Of a stretch of DNA of 64,000 nucleotides, positions 9,934 to 20,518 are shown piece after piece. This DNA comes from a virus. The position numbers were made by a program, and so were the translations under genes. The notes beneath the pieces are model-generated. The model saw nothing but the letters and a program-made list of their open reading frames with translations. It was not told where the DNA came from and made no database searches. Each line of letters starts with the position of its first letter. Positions within the stretch are counted from its first letter, which is position 1. The stretch covers positions 1-64,000 of IMG/VR virus record IMGVR_UViG_3300021085_000017; one strand, given 5' to 3'.

Positions 9934-11151
9934 ATGATAAACTACAAAGATATAAAAAGATTAGATTTAGAAACTAGTAGTTTATGTAATGCTGAATGTC
10001 CGAGTTGTAATCGAAGACTAGAAGGTGGCATAAAGAGCAAAACATTCACAGAAACATATATGACCACTGAGCAAGTTAAAGAATGGTTTTCTGAAGACTT
10101 TATTGAAAACTTAAACATGATTACGATGTGTGGTAATTATGGAGATTCCATGACTAACCCAGATTTAATTCCTATTTTGAAACACTTTAGGTCTATAAAT
10201 CCAAATATAAGATTTCATATGAACACAAACGCAAGTGGCAGAGATGAAGCATTCTGGCGTGAGTTAGGAGAGATATTCTCTGTCAATAATTCTACTGTTG
10301 TATTCAGTGTTGATGGTCTTGAAGACACAAACTGGATATACAGAAAAGGCACATATTGGGATAAAATTATGTTAGCAATGGAAACATATATCTCAACAGG
10401 TGCTGATTCTCATTGGGAATTTCTTGTGTTTAGACATAATGAACATCAAGTAGAAGAAGCAAGACAACTTGCAAAAGATATGGGAGTCACCAAGTTCTTT
10501 GCCAAGAGAGCGATGGGCTTTTCTACTAATAGAGACAAAGACAATAATATTATTCAATCAATGAAAGTATACGGTAGACAAGGCGAGTATCAATATACAA
10601 TCAAGCCACCAGCAGAAGTTGAAAGTAAGAATGTTGAAAAACAATTTGACAAAAGAAATCTAGGCAATGATGACCAACAGAAAATGTTCTTAGATTCAGA
10701 AAAAGTTGGATATATCACAGATATAAAATCAGATTTAGAAAAATCTTATATTAATATTGAACCTGTTAAACGTAAAGACAGAACAAATCACATAAACAAC
10801 ATAGACAGAGAGTTGACTGGACACGAAGTAGAATTAGGCAAATGTGATATAGATTGTGTAGCAATAAAAAGTTCACATATTTTTGTAAACAGTTATGGGT
10901 TAGTTTTTCCGTGTTGTTGGCATGCCGCAATGTATGATGATGAGTTTGGCACTGAAGACATGGTTGGTCCGTTAGTGAATTTTATAAAATCTTTTGGAGA
11001 AAATAATATTTCATTACAACACAAATCTATAAAACAAATAATAGATGGAGAAATATATACAACTGGTTACTTAGATACATTCAAAGATAGAGATATAAGA
11101 AACAAAAGACTTAAGTCCTGTGCCGCCTTGTGTGGTGTAGTTGCAGGCTAA
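9934..11151 (+). CDS. radical SAM protein with C-terminal SPASM/twitch-like Cys cluster
   Basis: CNAECPSC (CxxxCxxC), GNYGD, FSVDGL, C-terminal C...GLVFPCC...CAALC. Confidence 0.88.
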   Translation: MINYKDIKRLDLETSSLCNAECPSCNRRLEGGIKSKTFTETYMTTEQVKEWFSEDFIENLNMITMCGNYGDSMTNPDLIPILKHFRSINPNIRFHMNTNASGRDEAFWRELGEIFSVNNSTVVFSVDGLEDTNWIYRKGTYWDKIMLAMETYISTGADSHWEFLVFRHNEHQVEEARQLAKDMGVTKFFAKRAMGFSTNRDKDNNIIQSMKVYGRQGEYQYTIKPPAEVESKNVEKQFDKRNLGNDDQQKMFLDSEKVGYITDIKSDLEKSYINIEPVKRKDRTNHINNIDRELTGHEVELGKCDIDCVAIKSSHIFVNSYGLVFPCCWHAAMYDDEFGTEDMVGPLVNFIKSFGENNISLQHKSIKQIIDGEIYTTGYLDTFKDRDIRNKRLKSCAALCGVVAG

Positions 11152-11231
11152 TACAAAATGTATTAAATCGTCACTTTGAGACACACTAAATCATCCTAAA
11201 TACTACTGTAGAGAAGTTTGGAGGAGATATA

Positions 11232-11939
11232 GTGAATCAACATATCATAAACTTAGAGAAACAGAGATTCATAAGAGATTGTAAGGCAGTTCTTAAAGGG
11301 GAAAGAACTACGGACAGTCTAAGAAGAACCATTGTACACTCTAGTCCTGGACACATAGAATATCTAAAGAGAGATTTAGATACAGCCGAAGCACGTCTAA
11401 TTGATGTTGTAATTGCTAAAGTCAAAGAAGAATCTAAAAAGGCATTATCAGCAAGTAGCCAACGTATTAACATACTGGCTATAAGTGTGCTTGAAAACTT
11501 ATCTACTGAAAGTTCAGAATTTGCTATCGAAGAAATAACAAAAAGATACCGAGAAAGTATCAATCCTGTGAAAGCATTATATTATGATTTACAAGAGATT
11601 ATGTTTCTATATGATGGCAAGCCAAAGAACAAACATCACACATTTCTAATCAATAAGTTTAGAAAGATAGAGGCATTTGAAAAAGTGCTAACTGCAATAG
11701 ATAGAGATATCAGAGACTTAGCAGAATGTAAACAACGAGTTAATAAGTTGAAGAATGAATACGGCTATCCAAACACAAGCGAACATTTAAAAAGAATTGT
11801 AGATTATCACAATGAGATGCTTCAATGGAAGACACTGTTTGAAAAGTTTCCTGAATGGATTCAGGAGAACTCATTGCCTGTAGGGTCTAAAGATGGTAAG
11901 AAAACATTCTGCACAACTATCAAAAAATTATTCAAATAA
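11232..11939 (+). CDS. hypothetical helical protein
   Basis: GGAGGAG RBS, GTG start, late box TAAATA at 11197-11202. Confidence 0.7.
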   Translation: MNQHIINLEKQRFIRDCKAVLKGERTTDSLRRTIVHSSPGHIEYLKRDLDTAEARLIDVVIAKVKEESKKALSASSQRINILAISVLENLSTESSEFAIEEITKRYRESINPVKALYYDLQEIMFLYDGKPKNKHHTFLINKFRKIEAFEKVLTAIDRDIRDLAECKQRVNKLKNEYGYPNTSEHLKRIVDYHNEMLQWKTLFEKFPEWIQENSLPVGSKDGKKTFCTTIKKLFK

Positions 11940-11956
11940 TCAAAAAAACTATGTAT

Positions 11957-11985
11957 AAAAAAAGGGAGCATAATTGCTCCCTTTT
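11957..11985. terminator. bidirectional intrinsic terminator
   Basis: AAAAGGGAGCA-taat-TGCTCCCTTTT between convergent genes. Confidence 0.85.
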
Positions 11986-12010
11986 AGTTGTTTCTTTAAA
12001 GTTTAAGTAA

Positions 12011-13210
12011 TTACTTACCTACTTTAACTTCAACGTAGCCTTCGCCACCTGTAGTTTTGTCTTCAATAGCGATACCAACATATGCTGTCATACGAGGGTC
12101 TACAGTTGTTTCTGTCCATACTGTTGCAACGCCTGAAATATCAGATGCTACTAGAATGTCGCCTTTAGAAACTGTTCCAACAACTTTACATGGTACACGA
12201 CCTTGTAGAGCGATGAAAGGGTGAGTTTCTGAATTACCAGCCGCATCGTTCATTGCGAATGCTGGTTTAGTAGAAACTACACCTGCAATCTTAGTTGAAC
12301 CATAACCTTGTGCTGAAGTAACTTCTGCTTCGCCACCAAACATAACTAATGTACCTTCTTCATATGGAGCGTCTGCCGCATATCTTTCAGCAAGGTCGGC
12401 ATATTTTGCATATGTCGCCGTACCGTTAAAGTCAGTTGCTGTAACTGCCGTGAATGTAGGTGAAGAAGTTGTTGTTAAGCCTTGGTTAAGTGATTTAACA
12501 TGAGCAATACCAGCCAATTCAGAGTCCATTAAGGCACCTGCCGCTGTCACGTTTGTCGCATCAGTTACGTTTGCACCTGATTCGATACCGTCTAACTTAG
12601 CACCGTCTGTAGCAACATCTCTTCCATCAAATGTAGAGTTAGTAGTTACTGCACCAGTAAATGCACCACCTGCCAATGGCATTTTAGTAGCAATTGAGTT
12701 AGTAACTGTTGTGCTAAAGTTAGCATCATCACCTAAAGCAGCCGCTAGTTCATTTAGTGTATCTAATGTCGCTGGAGCAGAATCCGCTAACGCCGATACT
12801 TTAGTATCAACATATGATTTGTTTGCCGCATCTGCTGAAGCAGTTGGAGTACCCAAATCAGTGATTTTGTTAGTGTTCATGTCGATTGTTGAACGCATGT
12901 CTAAAACGTCATCCATACGAATGTCATCTTTGAAACGAATTTTCTTAGTTTCGATACGACCGAAGTTGCTATCGTCACTATCACCTGAGCCACCATCGTT
13001 TGTTAATAGTTTAGCCGCAAGAATAGATACGTTACGTTCAACGTCTGCCATACGTCTAAGAGACGATTTTGAACCTGACATTGTGATATCATCTGCGCCT
13101 GCATCACCTGTAAATTCAACTAGTGAACCAGATGAATTATACTTATATTTTTTTGTTTTATCGAAGGAAAACTTATTAGTGTTACCTCCACTTCTCATTT
13201 TACGTGCCAT
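12011..13210 (-). CDS. fibre/appendage protein with C-terminal auto-cleaving chaperone-like (peptidase G2/IMC-type) domain
   Basis: DAANKSYVD, LDTLNELAAALGDDANFSTT fibre motif; C-terminal ADLAERY...GVVSTKPA...ALQGRVPCKV...KGDILV. Confidence 0.75.
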   Translation of the reverse strand: MARKMRSGGNTNKFSFDKTKKYKYNSSGSLVEFTGDAGADDITMSGSKSSLRRMADVERNVSILAAKLLTNDGGSGDSDDSNFGRIETKKIRFKDDIRMDDVLDMRSTIDMNTNKITDLGTPTASADAANKSYVDTKVSALADSAPATLDTLNELAAALGDDANFSTTVTNSIATKMPLAGGAFTGAVTTNSTFDGRDVATDGAKLDGIESGANVTDATNVTAAGALMDSELAGIAHVKSLNQGLTTTSSPTFTAVTATDFNGTATYAKYADLAERYAADAPYEEGTLVMFGGEAEVTSAQGYGSTKIAGVVSTKPAFAMNDAAGNSETHPFIALQGRVPCKVVGTVSKGDILVASDISGVATVWTETTVDPRMTAYVGIAIEDKTTGGEGYVEVKVGK

Positions 13211-13358
13211 TTTTATTCTCCTTTATGAGTTGATTAGCCCGAGACACCCTTTTTAATTCTGTATCAATCTATCGCCTCTCCGTGCGGTAGAACGTGGGAG
13301 GTGGTGCCTCCCACGTCTTGTCTAATCTCTATTTTTGTTTACTCAATCAATTATTTGA

Positions 13359-15371
13359 TTAAGTGTTTGTAAAGCCTGTTACTTCTAATTCATCGTCTTC
13401 AGCAATAACGCCTGTAGCGATAACAACTGATGTACCAGAAACAGAATATTCAGCAGGACGTAACAACTGTCTGTTTAAGAAAACAGCATAGTGTTGTGCG
13501 TTTGATAATTCACTGAATGTAAATGATACTGTTGATGAAGCATTTGTTGTTTCTTGTGATGAAGTTACTGTTTGTACTGAACTATGGAAATGAGTAGTGT
13601 TAACTACTAAATCAATAGTACCGTCACCATCTTGGTATGATACTGTAATACCAGTCTCAGTGTTAGATGATAACATAGCACCAACTAAGTCTTGTAGTTC
13701 TTCGTCAGTTCTTTCAGTATATGACATAGCGCCAGTTGTACTGTTGTAACTTAGAGAACCAGAAGCAGAAATTGCCGCTCTTGCTCTTGCATCTGTATAG
13801 TACTGGTTCGTACCTTCAGTCAAATCACTTGTAGTTGCATTTGCGATTCTGGCGTCTGCTCTTGCATCTGTGTAGTACAAGTTAGTACCTTCAGATAAGT
13901 CAGTCGTAGAAGCCGCCGCTATTCTGGCGTCTGCTCTTGCATCTGTGTAGTAAAGATTTGCTGAACCTTCTGATAAATCATCTGTGTCTGAACTTGCTAG
14001 ACCTGTTGTTGAAATAACACCAGTTGATGAGTTATAAGAGATATCTCCAGAAACACTGATTGCGCCACGGGCACGAGCGTTTGTGAAGTATAGGTTAGTT
14101 GAACCTTCAGTCATCTCATCAGTATTGTCTTTAGTTGCGATTTGTGAAGCAACATAAGCCTTAACTGATTGTTGTGAAGGAACATGTGTTGCACTGTCTG
14201 AAGACATGTCGTCTTCATCTTTAAGATGAGCCGATATGCTTGTTACAGTACCAGCAGAACCTGATATATCACCAGTTACGTCACCAACCAAGTCACCTTG
14301 GAATGATGTTGAAGCAGTAATAGTTGTACCACCAATTGATGTAAATGAACCAGCCGCTGGAGTGTTACCACCAACTACACCGTCAAGGTTACCAGTTACG
14401 TTACCAGTTACAGCACCTGTAAACGTGTTGGCGACTAATGCACCAGCATGTAAAGTGTTTGAACCAGTTGACCATCTGTCATCTGATTCGTTCCATAGGA
14501 ACTGAACGTTTAATGAATCGCCACGTTCTACTTCGAAACCTGAGTTTTCAGTAGGTGTGCCGGTTGTGTTTGAGTTAAGAACAAACATGTTGTCTTCAAA
14601 CAATACGTCTGTTGTGTTAACTGTAGTTGTTGTACCAGAAACTGTTAAGTTACCAGCAACTGTTACGTTACTAGAGAATGCACCAGTTGTACCAGAAACG
14701 GCATTAGAGCCACCTGTTACTGCTGAAGCCGCCGCTGTGTCAACGTATGTTTTGTTTGCCGCATCAGTACCAGATACTGGTGTTGCTACTTCTTTAATTA
14801 AGTTTGAGTTCATGTCCATGTGGTCGCCGATTTGTAAATCGCCTGATACTGCACCTAATTCACCAGTAAAGTTAATACCATTACCTGAGATTAGTTTTAA
14901 TGTACCTGTTCCACTTGTAGTAAACTTAAGGTCTTCGTTTGCGTCTGTTGTAACGCTGATTGTACCAGAATCATCTTCAATAACTTTCTTACCGTTAATG
15001 TATAATGAACCAGGACCAACGTAGACATCACGCCACATCTTCGTGGTTGAGCCTAAGTCGTAAGTAATATTTGCACTTGGTAGTACGTGACCTGTCATTG
15101 TTAGGTCACCTGTTACTGCCGCGGCGCCTGACATAGTTGTCAAACCTGTGACACCAAGTGTGCCACCAACTGTTACGTTACTTGTAAACGTACCCGTTGA
15201 TGATGATACTGCCGCACCTTCTAGTGCTAAGGGCTGACCACCCGCTGTAGAACCGTCGTGTACAACTATTGTTTTTTTAGTTGTATCAACTGTAACTTCA
15301 CCCAATAAACCGGTAAAAGATGAATGTTCAGTCGTTGTACCACGTCGGAATTGAATTGCATATGCTGCCAT
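13359..15371 (-). CDS. fibre protein with Mtd_N-like N-terminus and (T/D)xDLxEGxxNLYYTDARA repeats
   Basis: IQFRRGTTTEHSSFTGLLGEVTVDT...HDGSTAGG N-terminus; several NLYYTDARA repeats. Confidence 0.75.
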   Translation of the reverse strand: MAAYAIQFRRGTTTEHSSFTGLLGEVTVDTTKKTIVVHDGSTAGGQPLALEGAAVSSSTGTFTSNVTVGGTLGVTGLTTMSGAAAVTGDLTMTGHVLPSANITYDLGSTTKMWRDVYVGPGSLYINGKKVIEDDSGTISVTTDANEDLKFTTSGTGTLKLISGNGINFTGELGAVSGDLQIGDHMDMNSNLIKEVATPVSGTDAANKTYVDTAAASAVTGGSNAVSGTTGAFSSNVTVAGNLTVSGTTTTVNTTDVLFEDNMFVLNSNTTGTPTENSGFEVERGDSLNVQFLWNESDDRWSTGSNTLHAGALVANTFTGAVTGNVTGNLDGVVGGNTPAAGSFTSIGGTTITASTSFQGDLVGDVTGDISGSAGTVTSISAHLKDEDDMSSDSATHVPSQQSVKAYVASQIATKDNTDEMTEGSTNLYFTNARARGAISVSGDISYNSSTGVISTTGLASSDTDDLSEGSANLYYTDARADARIAAASTTDLSEGTNLYYTDARADARIANATTSDLTEGTNQYYTDARARAAISASGSLSYNSTTGAMSYTERTDEELQDLVGAMLSSNTETGITVSYQDGDGTIDLVVNTTHFHSSVQTVTSSQETTNASSTVSFTFSELSNAQHYAVFLNRQLLRPAEYSVSGTSVVIATGVIAEDDELEVTGFTNT

Positions 15372-15600
15372 TTAATTTTCTCCCGTCTTGTGTTATTTTA
15401 TAAAATATTATCAGAATGTTTCCATCCCTTGTTGCTTCTTTAAGGTTGAATGTTTCCATCCTTTCGACTAAGACAAAGGTTAGCCTAGGATAAGACAGGT
15501 AAGTCCTCTCCATAATGTAACGAGACCCTTTATCTTCTCGTTACAATACTATTTATCGAAATGTTTGGAAAAGCAATAGTTACAGTTAATAATTAAGTAC

Positions 15601-18600
15601 TTATAAAATCACAACTTCTATAACTTTTTTGCCCTCTGTGAGGTCTGTCTCAAGTGACTTAGCAAAGACTGAACGACCAGCATCAAACTTGCCATTACTC
15701 TTAGCATATCCTGGCTCATCATGTGCTGTAATAATCAAATCACCCTTAGACACTGGACCAACCATGTTACATGGCACTCTACCTCTTAGTGCGACATATG
15801 GATGCGTCACTGAATTACCAGCATCAGCATTTAGTTTAATCGCTGGATTAGTAGAAATTACACCTGCCACTGATACATCACCAGCAATACTCGTTGTTGT
15901 GATTTCTGCTTCACCACCAAATACTACAACTGTTCCAGGTTCATACGGAACGTCTGTTGCATATCTTTCTGCTAAGTCGGCATAGGTTGCGTGAACTGAG
16001 TGACCGTAAATATTGGCATACTTTTTAGTAGGACTACCTAAGTTGTAAGTATTGTCTGTCGCTGGTTCAATAGTTCCTGAAATATTAGTTGAACTATCAG
16101 TACTTGTAATAGTAAAGTTAGGATATGTTCCTGAGATACTAGTAGCACCTGCGCCAGTTAATGTAACTGTTTGGTCTGGAGAAGTATTTGTAAATGTTGT
16201 TCCTGATAAACTTAAACCTGTACCTGCTGTGTATGTTGTGTCTCCGGTATTAGTATAGTTACTAGGGTCAATTGTTCCTGCTGATGCTGAAGTCCAATCG
16301 ATGTGTTCGTTTGCTACAAAGCCAGATAGTGTATCATGGTTAAGTCCTGAAATTGCTGAAGACAATTCAGTATCAGTAGCCATCGCATTTTCAATCTCTA
16401 ATAAAGTATCGAAGGCTGAAGATGCACCACCGATTAAGGCATCAATCTTTAACTGTGCCCTTGCATCTGCTCTTGCATCTGTATAATATAAGTTAGAACC
16501 CTCTGTAACATAATCAGTATTTTGTGTTGCCCAAGATATATCACCAGAACCATCTGTCTTCATTACTTGATTTGCTGAACCGTCTGCGGCTGGGAATTTA
16601 AATGTCGTTATGCCTGAAGTACCAAGTTGATGTATTCTTCCATCTGTGCCAGTACCAACTGCTAATCCGACTTCATTTGATGTTCCAGAATTACCAGACA
16701 AAATGAGAGGCGCATCAGACACTGTTAATGCAGACTGATAATCAGTACCATCTATAGAAACAGTTGTTAAGCCAGAAATAACACTCTTAGTAGATGGTCT
16801 ATCATAAACTAATGTACCAACTACTTCACCAGTTGTATTACCAACTGTGAAATCTAAATCACCAATTGCAATTAAATCATTTGAAGATGATGAGATTGAG
16901 AAACTTTCTGAACTAGCAACTAGACCTGTTTCATTATAATCTTCAGCACCCCATGTAAATATCGCAGTAGATGATGATGGATTAACTACTTCAATTGTAT
17001 CACCAACACTAACGCTATGTGTCCAGAAGACAATCTTATAATTATTGCCTGATGTATTTGTGACATCGACATGTGTTTTATCAATATAAAATCCGTCTTC
17101 ATCTCTCAATTGAATATTGGAATTAGAAAGTGCTGTCGATGACGATACTGTCATTTCTCCATAAGCATATTGCTTGAATTTTATATCCGTATCTGCCGCA
17201 GAAATATTTAATTGGTTTTGATTTCCAGGAGTACCAGAATCGTTATCTGCATGTTGTGATGCTAATGTAAATGTATATGTATCTGTTGGCGGTGAATAAA
17301 CAACAACCATACTATTCTGTTCAATACTATCTCCAGTATCTCTGAAAACAAAATTACTTGAGGAAGCGGCTGAACCGAAATATGTTAAGGATGAATCACC
17401 TTTGAAGCCTAGAGTATCTATCTGTGTACTTGTAAGTGTTACAAAACTACTTACAGAGTTTGCATAATCACCATCATCATTTATTGTAACTGTTGTGTTT
17501 GACAATAGTGTTTCTGTTGATGCGCCGACTGTTCCTGTGACAATTGATGGAGTTGCATTTGTTGTCAATGTAACTGTGTCATCAAGTGTAGTTAAGTCAA
17601 ATGTGTTTAGGTCTAAAGTGCCACCCAATTGTGGTGAGGTATCTTCTACAATATTGTTTATAGATACTGCTTGTGCCCTTGCATCTGTAAAGTAAAGATT
17701 TGATGAACCCTCTGCTACTGTATCAGTATTGCCTTGTGTAAATGATATAACACCCGAAGTACTGTTGTAACTTAAAGAACCAGTTGCACTAATAGAGGCT
17801 CTTGCTCTAGCATCTGTGTAATATAAATTTGTACCTTCTGTCAAATCGGATGTTGTTTTTGTACCAAGTCTTGTGTCAAATGTAGAATTAAAATCTGCTA
17901 TTGCCAGTTTAGTAGCAATAGAGTTTGTTATCGTTGTACTAAAGTTAGCATCATCTCCAAGTGCCGCGGCTAATTCATTTAATGTATCTAATGTTCCAGG
18001 TGCTGAATCTACTAATGCATCAATCTTTAATTGTGCCCGTGCATCTGCTCTAGCATCTGTGTAATATAAATTTGATGAGCCTTCTGCAACTGTATCTGTA
18101 TTACCTTGTGTGAAAGATATGACACCAGTTGATGAGTTATAACTTAAACTACCTGTCGCACTAATAGCCGCTCTTGCTCTTGTATCTGTATAATATAGAT
18201 TTGTATTTTCTGCAACTGCAAGTGTGTCTAATGTTTGAAATGATTTATCACCTCTATAATATTGAGATGTTGTACCAGCAGTTATAGTTGGTTCTTTGCC
18301 TGCTAATGAAGTTGTCATCGTAGTGGCAAAATTTGCGTCATCGCCTAAAGCGGCCGCTAATTCATTTAATGTATCTAATGTTCCTGGCGAAGAGTCAACT
18401 AAAGCATCAATCTTTAACTGTGCCCTTGCATCCGCTCTTGCATCTGTGTAGTAAAGATTAGTTGAACCTTCTGCTACAGTATCTGTATTGCCCTGTGTAT
18501 ATGAAACAACACCTGTGCCACTATCATAACTTAAACTACCCGTAGCACTAATAGATGCTCTTGCTCTTGCTGTCGTATGATATAAATTTGTTGTACCTTC

Positions 18601-19473
18601 ACTTAGGTCATCTGTGTCTTTGGCAGTGAATGCTGAATCAAAATCTGATTGACTAAAATTATTACCAGGAACAAAGTTAGTACCATTCCATATGATAGTT
18701 TGTCCAGTTGTAGGCGCATTTGTTGTTGTATCAACATCACTTAAATCATCAATACTGCCAATAACTGTTGGCACGTTTGTTAAGTTATTATAATCTAAGT
18801 AATACGCACCGTTTTGTCCATCTAATGTTTCTATGAAATTACTATCTGCTTGTAATGTGGCATATCTTGCATCAACTCTTGCATCAGTATAATATAAGTT
18901 TGTTCCTTCAGTCAAATCACTTGTAGTATGATTAGCAATACTAGAAACTGTACCTGTTACATTGCCTACTAACGCACCAGTTATAGTTGTCGCATTTACA
19001 GTTGAGAATGTGCCAGCCGCTGGTGTGTTTGCGCCAATAATTGTTCCATCAATTGCGCCACCATTAATATCTATATTTGAGAATGTAGAACCAGATGATG
19101 TTATATCACCCGTTACGTTACCTGTTAAATTGCCTTCGAATATTCCTGCAACAAATGTCTCAGCACCAACTGACCATTTGTCTGTCGTTTCGTTCCATAA
19201 TAAGAATTTGTTGTCTGAAGTACCACGTTCAATTTCTATACCAACATCTTCAGATGGAGCACCAGTCAAGTCGCCATTAATTAAAAGTTTCGGGTCAGCA
19301 AAACTAGTTTGAATTGAGTTAACTGTAGTAGTGTCTCCAGTTACTACTAGATTACCCTTAATTTCAACAGTGCCACTAGTGGCTTTAATAACTCCAGAAC
19401 CAGAACCGTTATCTAAAACTAATTCTTCACCTTTTAGATAAAGTCTATCGCCGAATTTAATTTGTTCTGCCAT
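15601..19473 (-). CDS. long fibre protein with NLYYTDARA repeats and C-terminal ADLAERY chaperone-like domain
   Basis: 1290 aa Thr/Ser-rich; about 8 EGxxNLYYTDARA-type repeats, two LDTLNELAAALGDD motifs, ADLAERY domain. Confidence 0.8.
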   Translation of the reverse strand: MAEQIKFGDRLYLKGEELVLDNGSGSGVIKATSGTVEIKGNLVVTGDTTTVNSIQTSFADPKLLINGDLTGAPSEDVGIEIERGTSDNKFLLWNETTDKWSVGAETFVAGIFEGNLTGNVTGDITSSGSTFSNIDINGGAIDGTIIGANTPAAGTFSTVNATTITGALVGNVTGTVSSIANHTTSDLTEGTNLYYTDARVDARYATLQADSNFIETLDGQNGAYYLDYNNLTNVPTVIGSIDDLSDVDTTTNAPTTGQTIIWNGTNFVPGNNFSQSDFDSAFTAKDTDDLSEGTTNLYHTTARARASISATGSLSYDSGTGVVSYTQGNTDTVAEGSTNLYYTDARADARAQLKIDALVDSSPGTLDTLNELAAALGDDANFATTMTTSLAGKEPTITAGTTSQYYRGDKSFQTLDTLAVAENTNLYYTDTRARAAISATGSLSYNSSTGVISFTQGNTDTVAEGSSNLYYTDARADARAQLKIDALVDSAPGTLDTLNELAAALGDDANFSTTITNSIATKLAIADFNSTFDTRLGTKTTSDLTEGTNLYYTDARARASISATGSLSYNSTSGVISFTQGNTDTVAEGSSNLYFTDARAQAVSINNIVEDTSPQLGGTLDLNTFDLTTLDDTVTLTTNATPSIVTGTVGASTETLLSNTTVTINDDGDYANSVSSFVTLTSTQIDTLGFKGDSSLTYFGSAASSSNFVFRDTGDSIEQNSMVVVYSPPTDTYTFTLASQHADNDSGTPGNQNQLNISAADTDIKFKQYAYGEMTVSSSTALSNSNIQLRDEDGFYIDKTHVDVTNTSGNNYKIVFWTHSVSVGDTIEVVNPSSSTAIFTWGAEDYNETGLVASSESFSISSSSNDLIAIGDLDFTVGNTTGEVVGTLVYDRPSTKSVISGLTTVSIDGTDYQSALTVSDAPLILSGNSGTSNEVGLAVGTGTDGRIHQLGTSGITTFKFPAADGSANQVMKTDGSGDISWATQNTDYVTEGSNLYYTDARADARAQLKIDALIGGASSAFDTLLEIENAMATDTELSSAISGLNHDTLSGFVANEHIDWTSASAGTIDPSNYTNTGDTTYTAGTGLSLSGTTFTNTSPDQTVTLTGAGATSISGTYPNFTITSTDSSTNISGTIEPATDNTYNLGSPTKKYANIYGHSVHATYADLAERYATDVPYEPGTVVVFGGEAEITTTSIAGDVSVAGVISTNPAIKLNADAGNSVTHPYVALRGRVPCNMVGPVSKGDLIITAHDEPGYAKSNGKFDAGRSVFAKSLETDLTEGKKVIEVVIL

Positions 19474-19482
19474 TTTTATTCC

Positions 19483-20394
19483 TTATAATGCCGCTATACG
19501 TGATTTAAAGTCTGCAAAGTCTGTGCTAGCCGCAACTTCAGCCTTTAGTGTTGCTAAACTAATAGTTTCACTTTGTAAGGCGCTATCTGCTAATGCACCC
19601 TGTGTCGATGTAGCCGCATCTGTAATTCCATATCCCGCCAATGTAGTGGGTGTATTAAGTAGTGAACTAAATTGTTTATCAAAATTTATACTAGGTGGAG
19701 CCCAAACATAATCTGTGCCGTTCCATGATAGAACGTAACCACTATTTGGATTGCTTTGGTTTAAGTGTGTGTCAATTCTTGCATCTGTAAAATATAGATT
19801 AGAAGAACCTTCAGTTAATGTATCTGTTGTATAATTTGTAAGAACGTTAGTAATGTTAGCGCCATCGCCAGCAATTACAGAAAATGTTCCTGGTCCAGGA
19901 TCCGTATCACCAATTACAACAGTATCTAAAAAACCACCATTAACATCAATTTGTGCAAATGTAGAAATACCGGTCGAAGTCATATCGCCAGTTACGTTAC
20001 CTGTTACATTACCAGTTACGTTACCTGTTAGATTGCCTTCAAAGCCATTCACAGATTTAACTTTTTCACTAAAATCCCAAGTGTCTGTTGAGTCTACAAA
20101 CAAAATTGTTTTATCAGTAGCGCCTTTAAGAGTAATACCACCACCATTTGCGGTTGCATCTGTGGGAGTAGTTACCGAACCAAGTTCTATATTCTTATCA
20201 TCAACAGTTAGAGTTGTAGAATTAACAGTAGTTGCTGTTCCATTGACTGTTAAGTCACCAGTTACAACAAGATTATCGTCAACCTTTAAAGTTCCATCAA
20301 TTGATTTTATAACGGCATTATTAGAACCATTATCCAAAATCAATTCTTGTCCTTTTAGATATAGTCTATCACCAAATTTGATTTGTTCTGCCAT
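19483..20394 (-). CDS. fibre-related structural protein, N-terminal paralogue of 15601..19473
   Basis: Shared start MAEQIKFGDRLYLKGxELxLDNGS; PTTLAGYGITDA fibre motif. Confidence 0.75.
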   Translation of the reverse strand: MAEQIKFGDRLYLKGQELILDNGSNNAVIKSIDGTLKVDDNLVVTGDLTVNGTATTVNSTTLTVDDKNIELGSVTTPTDATANGGGITLKGATDKTILFVDSTDTWDFSEKVKSVNGFEGNLTGNVTGNVTGNVTGDMTSTGISTFAQIDVNGGFLDTVVIGDTDPGPGTFSVIAGDGANITNVLTNYTTDTLTEGSSNLYFTDARIDTHLNQSNPNSGYVLSWNGTDYVWAPPSINFDKQFSSLLNTPTTLAGYGITDAATSTQGALADSALQSETISLATLKAEVAASTDFADFKSRIAAL

Positions 20395-20465
20395 GCTTTA
20401 TTCCAAAAAAATACTAGTACATCATTATTATATGTATTTATCTTATAGGTTTGGAATCAGGCATT

Positions 20466-20492
20466 AAAAAAGCCACCCGAAGGTGGCTTTTT
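20466..20492 (-). terminator. intrinsic terminator with C(UUCG)G tetraloop after major capsid gene
   Basis: minus strand AAAAAGCCACC-TTCG-GGTGGCTTTTTT. Confidence 0.92.
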
Positions 20493-20518
20493 CTATTCAT
20501 TATTAATATAATAAAATA

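Noticed and set aside
15414-15461. Mini CRISPR array
   Set aside because: Only two 14-nt repeats with a 20-nt gap and no cas genes
15328-15513. 61-aa ORF in the fibre leader
   Set aside because: No SD, overlaps the fibre start out of frame, and the region is better explained as a structured UTR; a regulatory uORF is not strictly excluded
13359-19473. Diversity-generating retroelement suggested by the Mtd_N-like domain and repeats
   Set aside because: No reverse transcriptase in the window and no TR/VR pair differing only at adenines; the repeats are in-frame protein repeats
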